Source: an uncultured Thermoanaerobaculia bacterium (GTDB taxonomy: Bacteria; Acidobacteriota; JBCCFW01). Taken from it: 64,000 bases of DNA. This document shows positions 20,892 through 30,715 of this stretch, one piece after another. Numbering within the stretch: the stretch's first letter is position 1; the number at the start of each line of letters is the position of its first letter. Position numbers and translations under genes: made by a program. Location: positions 123,741-187,740 of the forward strand of contig CAZTIW010000001.1 in assembly GCA_964613915.1 (NCBI GenBank). The letters run 5' to 3'. Below the pieces are notes generated by a model. That model searched no databases. It was given only the letters and a program-made list of their open reading frames with translations, and had not been told where the DNA came from.

Positions 20892-21530
20892 TCAAGGTTC
20901 CTCGTCGCCCGCCAGTTCGGCCTGAAGCCAGGCCCTTGCCATCGCCCAGTCGGCCTTCACCTGCGTCTCGCCGAGGTCGAGGGTGTCGGCTGTCTCGGGA
21001 ATGGACAGGCCACCGAAGAAGCGCAACTCGACGATGCGGGCCTGCCGCGGGCTGAGCTTGGCAAGGCGTTCCAGCGCTTCGTGAAGCGCGAGCACGTCCA
21101 GGTTCAGGTCCGCCGCGAGGTTCCGGGCGGCGGCCGCGTCGTCCCGCCACGTGATGCGCTCGCGACCGCCTCCGCGCTTGGCGGCGCCCCGCTGGCGCGC
21201 GTGGTCCACGAGGACCTGACGCATCGCGCGTGCGAACGCCGCGAACAGGTGCTTGCGATCGCTCAGGTCGGGAGACCCGGGCATGAGCCGGACGTAGGCC
21301 TCGTGCACGAGATCGGTCGGCTGGAGGGAGTGGTCAGGCCGCTCGCGACGCCGGTAGGCGGCGGCGATGCGCCGGAGCTCGGGGTACACGAGCTCCGCCA
21401 GGCGCTCGGCCGCGCCGGGTTCGCGCGCCCTGACGGCGCGCAGCGCGTGCGTGATGTCCCCGGGCAGGTCGGGGTCCGGTACGCCCTCGGGAGGCTGGTC
21501 GTCACCCGCGTCCACGGGCGCATCATGCAC
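20892..21530 (-). CDS. ECF sigma factor (sigma-70 family, TIGR02999-like subgroup)
   Basis: Region 2 (LVHEAYVRL) and region 4 HTH (LSPRQARIVELRFFGGLSIPETADTLDLGETQVKADWAMARAWL). The GTG at 21530 is favoured over the ATG at 21632, which adds an Arg/Gly-rich extension. Confidence 0.7.
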   Translation of the reverse strand: MHDAPVDAGDDQPPEGVPDPDLPGDITHALRAVRAREPGAAERLAELVYPELRRIAAAYRRRERPDHSLQPTDLVHEAYVRLMPGSPDLSDRKHLFAAFARAMRQVLVDHARQRGAAKRGGGRERITWRDDAAAARNLAADLNLDVLALHEALERLAKLSPRQARIVELRFFGGLSIPETADTLDLGETQVKADWAMARAWLQAELAGDEEP

Positions 21531-21792
21531 GTCCCCGCGCCGGCGGAGCCAGCCGGGGGACCATGCCTGAGGGCCAGGCAGTGGACCGGGTCCTCCGCGC
21601 AGCCCCGCCCGCCTGCACCGCCCGCCTGCCAACCCCGACCGACCGGTTCGCCCGCCGTCTGCGCTTGTGGATCCGAAACCAGCAGGATCGCCTCCGGGAC
21701 GTCAGCACCCGGAGGGCAAGGCGTGGATTCCCGCGCCCTGTAGTTCCGTTCGATCCTGCCGCCGGCACGGACCGTGCGCGGCAAGGAGGATC

Positions 21793-22593
21793 ATGGTCAT
21801 GCGTTCAGTTCGTCTCGTCCTGGCCCTGGCGGCGGTGGCGGCCCTCGGCGCTCCCGCCGTTCACGCGGAGAGCGAGAACAGCGTCATCCGCTCATTCATC
21901 GCCAACCGGATCAACAGCAACGCGGCGCGCGAGATTCCGTGTCCGCCCCTCGCGGCGGATTGCGCGTCGCCCACGTGCACGCGCATCCTGACCAGCGGCG
22001 GTCCGCGCTGCTTCGAGCTCAACGACAAGCTCCCCTACTGGGACGCGCTGCGATGGGCGCCCGATGGCGGCGACGTCACGATCAGCGAGTGCGGTCCGTA
22101 CGTGGCGGCCGTCAGCTTCTTCACGTGGTCCGGCGACCAGACCGGAAACGCCGGCGACGTGCAGGCGAAGTTCCGCGGCATCAAGTACACGGCGACCATC
22201 AACGGCGTTCCCGTGCCCGTCCTCACGGGAGGGGCGAGCACGTGGAAGTACTTCATCAACGTGGAGAGCCACCGCGGCGTCGGCAGCCGGTCGCTGGCCC
22301 GCTTCTGCGACTGGCACATGACCGAGCGGACGGCCGACTGCCCCAAGGAGTTGCAAGTCGATCCGGGCGAGAGCTGCTGGGGGCAGACCTGGGGCGTGGA
22401 CCTCAGTCACCTTCCCGCGGGCGAGCACGTGCTGGTGAGCACCATCGAGATTCCGAATGGATTCCCGGGCGTCTGCCCGGCCACGCAGCCGACCTGCAAG
22501 GCCGACGGAACCCAGCAGTTCAGCGACAACGGCGCCTGCACGCTCGTGCAGCGCCGCAAGTTCATCGTCACGGCGCCGGGGGGGTGCGAGTGA
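21793..22593 (+). CDS. Secreted Cys-rich hypothetical protein (signal peptide MVMRSVRLVLALAAVAALGAPAVHA)
   Basis: AAGGAGGA RBS 5 nt before the ATG at 21793; cleavable signal; 12 Cys. Confidence 0.55.
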   Translation: MVMRSVRLVLALAAVAALGAPAVHAESENSVIRSFIANRINSNAAREIPCPPLAADCASPTCTRILTSGGPRCFELNDKLPYWDALRWAPDGGDVTISECGPYVAAVSFFTWSGDQTGNAGDVQAKFRGIKYTATINGVPVPVLTGGASTWKYFINVESHRGVGSRSLARFCDWHMTERTADCPKELQVDPGESCWGQTWGVDLSHLPAGEHVLVSTIEIPNGFPGVCPATQPTCKADGTQQFSDNGACTLVQRRKFIVTAPGGCE

Positions 22594-23161
22594 CGGAGCA
22601 GGAGTGAGGGCGACCGCGCGCCCGCTCTGCACTCGACCGGCGGGTCGGGGCTTCCTCTGGGAGGCTCCGGCCCGCCGACATTTTTCGGCCGCGTCTCCGC
22701 GCTGCCGACCATGCGATCAGCGGTCGCGACGCGAGGCGATGGATCGCCGACTCGCCTCACGGCCACCCCCCGGCTGCGGCTCCTGATCGCCGACGCCGGC
22801 ACTCTCTCGATGAACACCCGCGGTCATCACCACCGCCGTCGTCCCGTCCCGCCACGGGCGGCGCAGCGCCACGCTCACGCCGGGCATCTGTTGCGATCAA
22901 TCCACCGCCAGTGCGGGTCGCAGCAAGTACTGGCACGGTCTCTCGAGTCGGGCGCGATCCCGCGTTCGAGCCGCCCCAGGCCGGTCAGTCGCTCCCGTTC
23001 GTCAGCTACCCGCACGCCGAGGCCGCCGGCGTGGAGCACAGGGGCCTCGACGCCAAGGCAAGGTGATCCCTCGCGTCCCGCGCATGCCGTGGCGTGAGTG
23101 CCGCTCGCGTCGCTGGTCGCGGGAGAGCTCCTCGACGGGCACGAGTTGCACTCGTGATGAA

Positions 23162-24034
23162 TCATCCGGACAGGCCCATCTGCTGCCACGGAATCCACCT
23201 GAACACCAGGGCGACGACGATCGCGGCGACGAAGCCGACCAGTCCGCCGGTCGGCGTCATGGCGGGCGGCGGCTCCTTCTCTCGCGACCGGGCCGTGAGA
23301 AAGGCGGCCACTGCCGTCAAGGCCGCCGGAGCGCAAAGCCAGGCAATGGAGCCGCCCCGGGGAGCAAGGAGGACGTGCACCGCCACGCTGCCCGCCCACG
23401 TCACGACTACCGTCGCGAGCCAGCAGGAGATCACGTGACCGCCCGCCAGGCGACGACGCCCACCCAGGAGACCCACGGCGGGTGCGAGCACGAACGCCAG
23501 GCTCGCCACCCGGAGCCACAAGAGATCCGCCACGTGCTCCGTTCCGAGGTGTGAGGGCGTGCCCGGAGGGAACGTGCCTCGCAGCCCGCTCGCGAGCTCT
23601 CTCACGCTCCAGGACGTGATGTCCATCGGATGAACGCCCAACCTCGCGGGATCGCCGCTCAACGCGGCCGACAGCTCACTGCCTGCGCGGCTCGCCCAAG
23701 GGCCCAGCACCCACTCAAGCGTGAACTGCGCGAGGATCATGAGGCCCAGGAGACCCAAGCGCTGACCCAATCGTGGACGTGCGATCACGAATCCGAAGAC
23801 GAGGAGAAACGAGATCGCCGGGAGCTCCAGCGCCATCGCCCGCGAGATCCCGCAGAGCGCGACGAGAGCCGCGAGGCCCGCGCTCCGCTCGCCATGACCC
23901 AGCCCCTCGATCACCCCTCGCACCTCGAACACGCACGAGAGCGTCACGAGCCCCGCCGCCACGCCCAGGGGCAGCGCCCTGTCGGCGATCACGCGCCTGG
24001 CTGCGGACAGGGCAGAGCTCACTCGCAGATGCAC
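23162..24034 (-). CDS. Polytopic integral membrane protein (about 7 TM), function unknown
   Basis: Hydropathy only. Confidence 0.4.
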   Translation of the reverse strand: MHLRVSSALSAARRVIADRALPLGVAAGLVTLSCVFEVRGVIEGLGHGERSAGLAALVALCGISRAMALELPAISFLLVFGFVIARPRLGQRLGLLGLMILAQFTLEWVLGPWASRAGSELSAALSGDPARLGVHPMDITSWSVRELASGLRGTFPPGTPSHLGTEHVADLLWLRVASLAFVLAPAVGLLGGRRRLAGGHVISCWLATVVVTWAGSVAVHVLLAPRGGSIAWLCAPAALTAVAAFLTARSREKEPPPAMTPTGGLVGFVAAIVVALVFRWIPWQQMGLSG

Positions 24035-24741
24035 GTGTAGGGCGTGCCTTCTCTACAACTCGTCGGTCCGTTCTGGCCTTGAGGACACGAGGAGAAGGAC
24101 TGACATGCGAAAGTACCCCATCGCACGGGGCACAGCTGGGGGAGCGCCCTCCGCGTTGGAGGAAAGCTCGGCGTGCACAAGCAGAAGCTCCACGACTTGG
24201 TGCAACCCAGTCCGCTCGATGGACAGGATGCGCACACTTCGATCCCGACGGGCTGGCACGGTGCGCCTCCGATGGCGCCGGGATTGACGATCTCGCCCCC
24301 TGAACCGATGGTCCCCGGCGGGACACTCGAGAGAACTGTCCACTTCACTTCGCCGGAGGAGTCCCTGTACGTGAGGAGCTCGGAAGGATAGACGTCACTC
24401 AATGCGTGGACGATGACGGATCCGGGCGGATGATCGGCCAGTGTCGACGCGTAGTAGCCGTAGTAGTCCTCGCTGGATTGAATCTCGTAGCGAAGCGTGT
24501 GGACTTCTCCGGTGGGGTATCGCACGAGCGCCAGATCCCAGATGTAGCCCAACACTCCCGTGGACGCATCGAGAGAGACGCGAGCTCCCACGAGATCCGA
24601 CACTTCGTAGAGGGCCCATGCACTTCCGACCGGAAGCGACGCGAAGGGCGGCAGCGGATCCGGAGCTACCTGCGCCTGAAGCACCGATGGAGAGAAGGTG
24701 GCGACCACGCCGATTGCGGTGACGACCACGAGCCTCCGCAC
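24019..24741 (-). CDS. Secreted Cys-rich hypothetical protein (signal VRRLVVVTAIGVVATFSPSVLQAQ); the ORF extends to 24867 but the signal peptide suggests the GTG at 24741
   Basis: N-region/H-region/AQA-like cleavage motif; the C-terminal 80 aa contain 14 Cys. Confidence 0.4.
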   Translation of the reverse strand: MRRLVVVTAIGVVATFSPSVLQAQVAPDPLPPFASLPVGSAWALYEVSDLVGARVSLDASTGVLGYIWDLALVRYPTGEVHTLRYEIQSSEDYYGYYASTLADHPPGSVIVHALSDVYPSELLTYRDSSGEVKWTVLSSVPPGTIGSGGEIVNPGAIGGAPCQPVGIEVCASCPSSGLGCTKSWSFCLCTPSFPPTRRALPQLCPVRWGTFACQSFSSCPQGQNGPTSCREGTPYTCICE

Positions 24742-24800
24742 GCGTTCGATGAGCGGCCTGACCCGGGCAGAATTAGTAGCAGCAGGTTCTGCGCGGTAAA

Positions 24801-24821
24801 GAGAGAGAGTGGGGGGGGGGG
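24801..24821. repeat. (GA)4.5 dinucleotide repeat followed by a G11 homopolymer in the upstream region of the secreted Cys-rich gene
   Basis: gagagagag at 24801-24809 and eleven G at 24811-24821. Confidence 0.8.
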
Positions 24822-25650
24822 CGCAAGACCATGGTTCTCCTCCGTTGCCGACAAGGATCGGCTTCACTGGTGCCGCTGTCGCAGGGCGACGTGCCCTCCA
24901 GCACGCGACACGAAACGAGGATACGCCTCGTCAGCGCGCGCAAGCAAGTAGCCTCCCGTCCGCCCGCGCGCCCGTCTCACGTCGCGCGTTGACGGCGCTC
25001 CTCGGGACGCGTGCCGGGAGGCTGGCAAGGACCGCGCGACACGCACGACGCCTCGCGGCCAGGGGCGGCCAGTCACCCGCGACCGTACACGGGCGATTCG
25101 AGCGCCCTCCCTTCCCGAGCAGCGACTCGCCGTCGCGCTAACGAGCCGACGGATCGCACAGTCCCGAACGCCGGTCACGCGTGAGTGACTGGCGGGCGGC
25201 GGGGGCACGCGCGCTTCTCTGGCGAGGCGGAGCGCGCCGCGAACGCGCGTCCAGCGACGCTCGGAGCCCCGTCCTAGCGCACGCCTACCGGACGCGGTCC
25301 TCGTCTCCCCCACATCCCGACCCTCTCCCCCGGTTCTCTCTCGCTCGACCGCGCCAGCGGCAGACCGCGAGCCGGCAGGGCGATGCCCGCGAGGATCCTC
25401 GGACTGGCCCGGGATCCGTCACGGCTGCGGTGGTTCGCGTCCGCCCCGCACAACGCGGACGCTCCAGCACGTCCACTGCAAGCGTCTGCATCAGCAGGTC
25501 CACCCACGCGATCCGCGCCGAGCGCTGGCTCGCCGCTGCTGGCAAGCCACCGCGGGGCGCCGCGCCGGCGGGCCCTCCTCCACGCCGACGCGTGCGGATG
25601 GAGGCTCGGGCTCGTGCGGCGGGGACGACCCGGGCGGGCGCGCGAACACG

Positions 25651-26046
25651 CTACCGCGCGCGTCGCGTGTTGGCTTCGAGGAACACGGCGACCTGCGCCC
25701 TGGAGGCGTTCCGCTGCGCGACGTCCAGCACGAGTTGAAGCAACTCAGCTGGATCAGCCTCGAGCCTCCGTCCGTTCAGCCCGAGAAACACGATGCATGT
25801 CATCAGGGCGATCCGCTTGTTGCCATCCACGAACGGGCGGTTCCGGGCGAGGTGGACGAGGTACGCCGCTCCCATCTCGAACACGCTCTCGTGGAGAAAC
25901 CGACCGCCGAACGTCGCGGCGGGAACGGCGAGCGCTGACTCGAGCAGGCCCAGGTCCCGGATGCCGGCCGTCCCGCCATGACGGCCGAGCTGATCCAAGT
26001 GGAGAGCGAGGACCTCATCGAGGCCGAGGAACGTGACGTCCTTCAC
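25651..26046 (-). CDS. doc: Doc (death-on-curing) Fic-family toxin
   Basis: Fic motif HLARNRPFVDGNKRIALMT; ATGA overlap with the upstream antitoxin. Confidence 0.8.
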   Translation of the reverse strand: MKDVTFLGLDEVLALHLDQLGRHGGTAGIRDLGLLESALAVPAATFGGRFLHESVFEMGAAYLVHLARNRPFVDGNKRIALMTCIVFLGLNGRRLEADPAELLQLVLDVAQRNASRAQVAVFLEANTRRAR

Positions 26047-26279
26047 TCCGCGAGTTTCTTGAAGACCGGACCGTAGCGGTGATGCGCGTCCTCGGCGATG
26101 GTCTCGACCCGCTTGGCGCGCGCCTTCGTGCGCGCCGGGCGCACCACGATCGCATCGCCATGGGTGGAGACCTCCACGGGCTTGTCCGCGTCAATGCCCG
26201 TCTCCTCGAGGAACTCGCGATCAAGGACGAGGGCAACGCTGTTGCCGGTGCGGGTGAGCTTCTTCGTGCGGACGGACAT
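26043..26279 (-). CDS. phd: AbrB/SpoVT-fold antitoxin (Phd-type partner of Doc)
   Basis: MSVRTKKLTRTGNSVALVLDREFLEETGID is a swapped-hairpin AbrB-like N-terminus. Start taken at ATG 26279; the ORF continues to GTG 26312. Confidence 0.7.
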   Translation of the reverse strand: MSVRTKKLTRTGNSVALVLDREFLEETGIDADKPVEVSTHGDAIVVRPARTKARAKRVETIAEDAHHRYGPVFKKLAE

Positions 26280-26288
26280 GGTACGGAC

Positions 26289-26317
26289 AACGTAGAGCCA
26301 ATGTACGTACACGTCAA
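26289..26317 (-). promoter_or_regulatory. Putative phd-doc promoter with a palindromic operator (TTGACG, 17 bp including TGTACGTACA, TACGTT), 9 nt upstream of the phd ATG
   Basis: Reverse strand reads cccTTGACGtgtacgtacattggctcTACGTTgtccgtaccATG; TGTACGTACA is a perfect 10-bp palindrome inside the spacer. Confidence 0.4.
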
Positions 26318-26333
26318 GGGGTCGCCGCGCGGC

Positions 26334-26747
26334 TCAACCCTCGGCGACGCTCGCCCCGCCCATCGGCCGGAGCCTCGCCCGGAGGCGCGCCGCGGCGGCG
26401 ATGGCGTCCACCGGCTGGGGGCCGGCGTCGAGGATGTCGCGCACCTGATCGATCGGCGTCAGGTGCACGTGCACGTGGCGCACCTTCAGGCCCGCGATCA
26501 TGACGCCAACCTTCGCCGGCTGGAACTCGGCCTGGATCGCCCGCGCCACGATCTGCGCGACGCCGAACACGTGGCTGGCGAGATCCGGCGGCAAGTCGAT
26601 CCAGTGGTCCACCTCATCGATCGGCACCACGATCGCGTGACCCGGGCGGAGGGGTTCCATCGCGTGCAGGGCGATGCAGCGATCATCGCGCCAGAAGACC
26701 AGCGGATCGGGCTTGCCTTGCAGGATGGGCGTGAACACCGAGGGCAT
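26334..26747 (-). CDS. HIT-family (histidine triad) hydrolase
   Basis: HVHVHL triad motif; the 577-aa ORF in the track is this gene plus an upstream non-coding extension. Confidence 0.75.
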   Translation of the reverse strand: MPSVFTPILQGKPDPLVFWRDDRCIALHAMEPLRPGHAIVVPIDEVDHWIDLPPDLASHVFGVAQIVARAIQAEFQPAKVGVMIAGLKVRHVHVHLTPIDQVRDILDAGPQPVDAIAAAARLRARLRPMGGASVAEG

Positions 26748-26776
26748 GCCCCGAGCATGCCACGGCCGGCCCGCTC

Positions 26777-27652
26777 CTACTTGGAGCCCAGCAGGCCGAC
26801 GATGAGCAACGCGTGGATCAGCAGCCCCAGGCTCGCCCAGATGAACCCGCAGCCGATCCCCGTTCTCGCATGCCACTTGCCCTTCGCTTCGGGATGGAAG
26901 TGAAGGTAGTCGAGGCCCTTCCACCCCAGCACGATCGCCGCGATCCCCATCCCGATGCCGACGATGCCGAGCATCGGGACGAGCGCGAAGATGGAGAAGA
27001 GGCCGAGGTAGTACGAGATGAGAGCGCTCCGATTGCGGAACGGGATGATGGTCGCGATCACGTCGCCACCGGGCGGGGGCGAAGGCGGGTGCCCCGAGGC
27101 GGGCGGCGGCGCGACGCGCCCCTCGTAGGCCGCGACGAAGGCCGGGCGCGTCAGGAAGAAGAGGATCGCCACCCCGTGCGCGATGCCGATCAGGGTTCCC
27201 GCGACGAGACCGAGCACGCCGCCCACCAGCCCGGGCATCAGCTGGTCCGCGTCGGCGGCGTTCCTCGCGGCGGCAAGCGCCGGGCCCATCCCGACGACCC
27301 AGAGCACGACCGCGCCAGCCGGCCCCGCCACGAGAGAGTAGAGGCCGTAGACGATCATGCCGATGCGCGCCCACGCCGCCTGGCGAAGCAAGCCGATGCC
27401 CGCCACGAGCAAGAGCATGGAGAAGGCCAGGCCGAGAAGGTTCATGGCGACGGCCCACCGCTCGTAGGTGGCCGGATCGGGCAGCAAGCCCACGAGGGGA
27501 TCCTTCACCCCCTTGACCAGCGCCGCGAGGCCGATCGCCAGCGCCCCGCCCAGGACGCCCAGCGCGCCCAGCACGATGCCGATCCAGCCGAAGACCGTCG
27601 CCGCCACGGGCCGCGGCGCGCCCGACATGCCCGAGCTCCCGTCCACGCTCAT
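26777..27652 (-). CDS. Integral membrane protein (Gly/Leu-rich, 6-7 TM), function unknown
   Basis: Hydropathy only; stop/start overlap with the upstream FGE gene. Confidence 0.45.
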   Translation of the reverse strand: MSVDGSSGMSGAPRPVAATVFGWIGIVLGALGVLGGALAIGLAALVKGVKDPLVGLLPDPATYERWAVAMNLLGLAFSMLLLVAGIGLLRQAAWARIGMIVYGLYSLVAGPAGAVVLWVVGMGPALAAARNAADADQLMPGLVGGVLGLVAGTLIGIAHGVAILFFLTRPAFVAAYEGRVAPPPASGHPPSPPPGGDVIATIIPFRNRSALISYYLGLFSIFALVPMLGIVGIGMGIAAIVLGWKGLDYLHFHPEAKGKWHARTGIGCGFIWASLGLLIHALLIVGLLGSK

Positions 27653-28293
27653 GACAACCCCCTTCCGTCGTCGGCCGCGATGCGCAGGCCGTAGTCATCG
27701 TACCGGAACTCCGGGGCCAGGCTGGATCGGGCCCAGACCCGCGTGAACTTGACCCGATGACGCCAGCTGCCGCCGCGACTGGCGCGCCGCGATCCCTCCA
27801 CCGCCCAGTCCGAGCACCACTCGTGCACGTTGTCCGCCATGCAGGCGAGACCGAACGCGTTCGCGCACGCCGCGCTCGGCACGTGCGGGCGCGCGAGCGC
27901 CGCGATGGTCGCCAGCTCCGCGCGCTGATCGGGCGGCTCATCGCCCCACGGCCAGTCGGCCCCTTCGATCCCCCCTCGCGCCGCGAGCTCGCGTTCGGCC
28001 GTCGTCGGCAGGCGCACCGGCAGGTTCGCCTCGCGCGCGAGCCAGGCGCAGTAAGCGGCCGCGTCATGCCAGCTCACCCCCACGACGGGCGCGTGCGCGT
28101 CGGCGAAGCGCTCATCGCCAAGGAACGGAGCGGGCGGCGCGCCCGTGGCGGCGACGAAGCGCGCGTACTCGAGGTTGCTGACGGGACGCGGCCCGATGCC
28201 GAACGGCGCGACGCTCACGACGCGCGCCGGCCCGCCGTCCTCGCCGCCCAGCGCCAGGGCACCCCCTTCGATCCGCACGAGCTCCACCCGCAT
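27649..28293 (-). CDS. Formylglycine-generating-enzyme (SUMF1/FGE-sulfatase) domain protein
   Basis: Motifs RVVRGGSW-like (RGGSWRH), NVHEWCSDW and [14 protein letters not shown]; start chosen at [10 protein letters not shown]. Confidence 0.6.
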   Translation of the reverse strand: MRVELVRIEGGALALGGEDGGPARVVSVAPFGIGPRPVSNLEYARFVAATGAPPAPFLGDERFADAHAPVVGVSWHDAAAYCAWLAREANLPVRLPTTAERELAARGGIEGADWPWGDEPPDQRAELATIAALARPHVPSAACANAFGLACMADNVHEWCSDWAVEGSRRASRGGSWRHRVKFTRVWARSSLAPEFRYDDYGLRIAADDGRGLS

Positions 28294-28436
28294 GCGCCCC
28301 AGCGTAGCCGAGAGCCCGGCGGCCTTGCACGGGTTGGCCACGCCCTCCCCGTGAACACGCCGCCGTTTCCATGCGTGAAGCGCACGTGCTCGCGGAACAC
28401 TCCTCGCTCCAGCGCGAACCGCTCGCGAGGCCCGTC

Positions 28437-29891
28437 ATGCGCTCCGTGCTCGACAGATTCGTTCGCCCGCTGACGGCCCTGGCCGTGGGGGCGGCCGTGG
28501 CGTGGGACGCGCTCACGTGGCGCGCGCCGCTCGGTCTCGGCGCGGCGCTCGCCTTCATGCTCGCCCTCGCCCTGGTCGTCTTCCGGTTCCCCCGAGCGTG
28601 CGCGGATCTCCCCGGGGCCGCGCTCGCGCTGGCCTGCCTCGGCGCCTCCGCGTCGCTCGCGGTCGAGCCCGGGCCCGCGGGGGTCGCCCTCGCCGCGGCG
28701 TTGCTCGTGATCGTCGCGTCGCGCGGTCGTCGCCGGGGACCGCTCCCGCTCGCGGGCCTCGCGGCGCTCGCCTGGTTCGCGCCGGGCGCGATCGCGGGCG
28801 CGTGGCGAGGCGTCTTCGCGCACCGCAGGAGGGCACGCTCGCCCGCGTTCCCGCTGCGCGGCTGGATCGCGCCCGCCGTCATCGCCGCCGTGTTCGCATG
28901 CATCTTCGCGGTGGGCGATCCGTCGTTCGTCGCGGCGCTGCGGCAACTCGCTCGCCTGCTGGGCCAGTGGCTCGTGCCCGACGCGGCCCACGCCCGCGCC
29001 TGGCTCGTCATGCTGATCAGCGCCTGGGGGCTCCTCTTGTTTCGCATGCCCGCCGCGTGGCACGCGATGGTGGTCCGGCTCGACGGTCTCCGTCAGCGCG
29101 AGGCGCCCGGCGTCACGACCGCCGTCGTGATCCGCACGCTCGTCCTGCTTCATGGCGTGTTCCTCATCGAGAACGCGCTCGGCGTGCGGCATGCGTGGCT
29201 CGGCGTGCCGCTGCCGGCGGGAACGCTGGCCGGTGGCGCGCGGCATGCGGCGGCAGCGCTGCTGCTCGCCGCCCTGCTCTCCGCGGCGCTCACGCTCCTG
29301 GCCTTCGCGCGCGGCAGCGCCGTCGAGACCGACAGGACCGCCCGCGCGCTCGCCGTGCTCTGGCTCGCGCAGGTCGGGCTTCTGCTGGCAACGGCGATCC
29401 TGCGGCTGGAGCGGTACGTCCTCGCCTACTCGCTCACGCGCGCGCGGCTCGCGGCCATCGTCTGCTTCGCGCTCGTCGCGGTCGGCATCGCCTTGCTCGC
29501 GATCCGTCTCATGGCGCGACGCAGCAACGGCTGGCTGTTGCGAGCCACCTCCATGGCGACGCTCGCGGTCCTTCTGGCCGTCGCGTTCACGAACGTCAAC
29601 GGCATCGTCGCGCGGTTCAACGTGCGCCATTGCCACGAGTTCGGCGGAGGCGCGGCGCGGCTGGACGTGGCGCATCTCGAATCGCTCGGTCCCCCGGCGC
29701 TCCCGGCCATCGAGGACGCTCTGGCGGCCCTCGAGCGGTCAATCGTCCTCGGGGCGCCACCATCGCCTCTCTGGCGGCACCTGGCGCTGGCCCGATCGTC
29801 CCTTCGGGCTCAGGCTGCCGCCGCGGCGAGCGACTGGCGCGGGCTCAGCGTGCGGAGCGCCGTGGCGCGGCTCGAACAGGGCGGGCGGTGA
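28437..29891 (+). CDS. Polytopic membrane protein (DUF4173-like), function unknown
   Basis: About 12 hydrophobic helices; start uncertain (ORF from 28371). Confidence 0.4.
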   Translation: MRSVLDRFVRPLTALAVGAAVAWDALTWRAPLGLGAALAFMLALALVVFRFPRACADLPGAALALACLGASASLAVEPGPAGVALAAALLVIVASRGRRRGPLPLAGLAALAWFAPGAIAGAWRGVFAHRRRARSPAFPLRGWIAPAVIAAVFACIFAVGDPSFVAALRQLARLLGQWLVPDAAHARAWLVMLISAWGLLLFRMPAAWHAMVVRLDGLRQREAPGVTTAVVIRTLVLLHGVFLIENALGVRHAWLGVPLPAGTLAGGARHAAAALLLAALLSAALTLLAFARGSAVETDRTARALAVLWLAQVGLLLATAILRLERYVLAYSLTRARLAAIVCFALVAVGIALLAIRLMARRSNGWLLRATSMATLAVLLAVAFTNVNGIVARFNVRHCHEFGGGAARLDVAHLESLGPPALPAIEDALAALERSIVLGAPPSPLWRHLALARSSLRAQAAAAASDWRGLSVRSAVARLEQGGR

Positions 29892-29991
29892 CAGCCGCCG
29901 CGCCACGCCCGGATGCGACCCGGCGCTCGATCTTGTAGCCTCGGGCCCTTGCCGTGCCCCCCGCGCGGCGCTTTCCCCGAGGAGACACGCC

Positions 29992-30660
29992 ATGTTCCGT
30001 TGCCCCCTGCACGCCGTCGCCGTCGTCGCGGCGCTCGCCGTCCCCGCCGCGTTCGCGCACGAAGCCGCCGAACCCTCCAAGCCCGCCGCGTCCCCCGCCG
30101 ACGCCGGCGCGGTCGCCGCGCCCGCGGACGCCGCGGCCCCCGAGATGAGCGAAGAAGAGAAGGCGATGATGGAAGCGTGGACGAAGGCCATGACGCCCGG
30201 CCCGCATCACGCCGCGCTCGAACCGCTCGTCGGCACGTTCGACGTGAAGCTCAACCACTGGATGGCCGAGGGCACGGAAGCCTCGACGTCCACGGGCCTC
30301 AGCCACCACGCGTGGACGCTCGGCAACCGCTACCTCGAGCAGCGCTACGAGGGCAGCTTCGACGGACAGCCGTTTCAGGGCATCGGCTACACCGGCTACG
30401 ACAACATCCTCGGCACGTACTTCGGCACCTGGATGGACAGCATGAGCACGGGCATCATGACGAGCACGGGCAAGGCCGAGAGCCCGACCGTGATCAACTT
30501 CGACGCGCTCATGTCCGATCCGATGACGGGCACCGCGAAGCCCGTTCGCGAGAAGCTGACGATCACGAGCGCCGATGCGCACGTGCTCGAGATGTGGACC
30601 GCCGGACCCGATGGCAAGGAGTTCCGGATGATGGAAATCCTGTACACGCGCAAGAAGTAG
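29992..30660 (+). CDS. Secreted DUF1579-family protein
   Basis: GAGGAG RBS 8 nt before the ATG at 29992; signal MFRCPLHAVAVVAALAVPAAFA; C-terminal ...EFRMMEILYTRKK is typical of DUF1579. Confidence 0.55.
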   Translation: MFRCPLHAVAVVAALAVPAAFAHEAAEPSKPAASPADAGAVAAPADAAAPEMSEEEKAMMEAWTKAMTPGPHHAALEPLVGTFDVKLNHWMAEGTEASTSTGLSHHAWTLGNRYLEQRYEGSFDGQPFQGIGYTGYDNILGTYFGTWMDSMSTGIMTSTGKAESPTVINFDALMSDPMTGTAKPVREKLTITSADAHVLEMWTAGPDGKEFRMMEILYTRKK

Positions 30661-30715
30661 CGCGCCCGGCAGCCCCTCCCCGCCGCGACGCTCGGGTGGT
30701 CGCGGCCGGGGAGCC

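Noticed and set aside
26334-28067. 577-aa ORF as a single gene
   Set aside because: Only the last 138 codons (HIT family, start ATG 26747) are credible. The upstream part is low-complexity and overlaps the independently supported membrane-protein and FGE genes in other frames.
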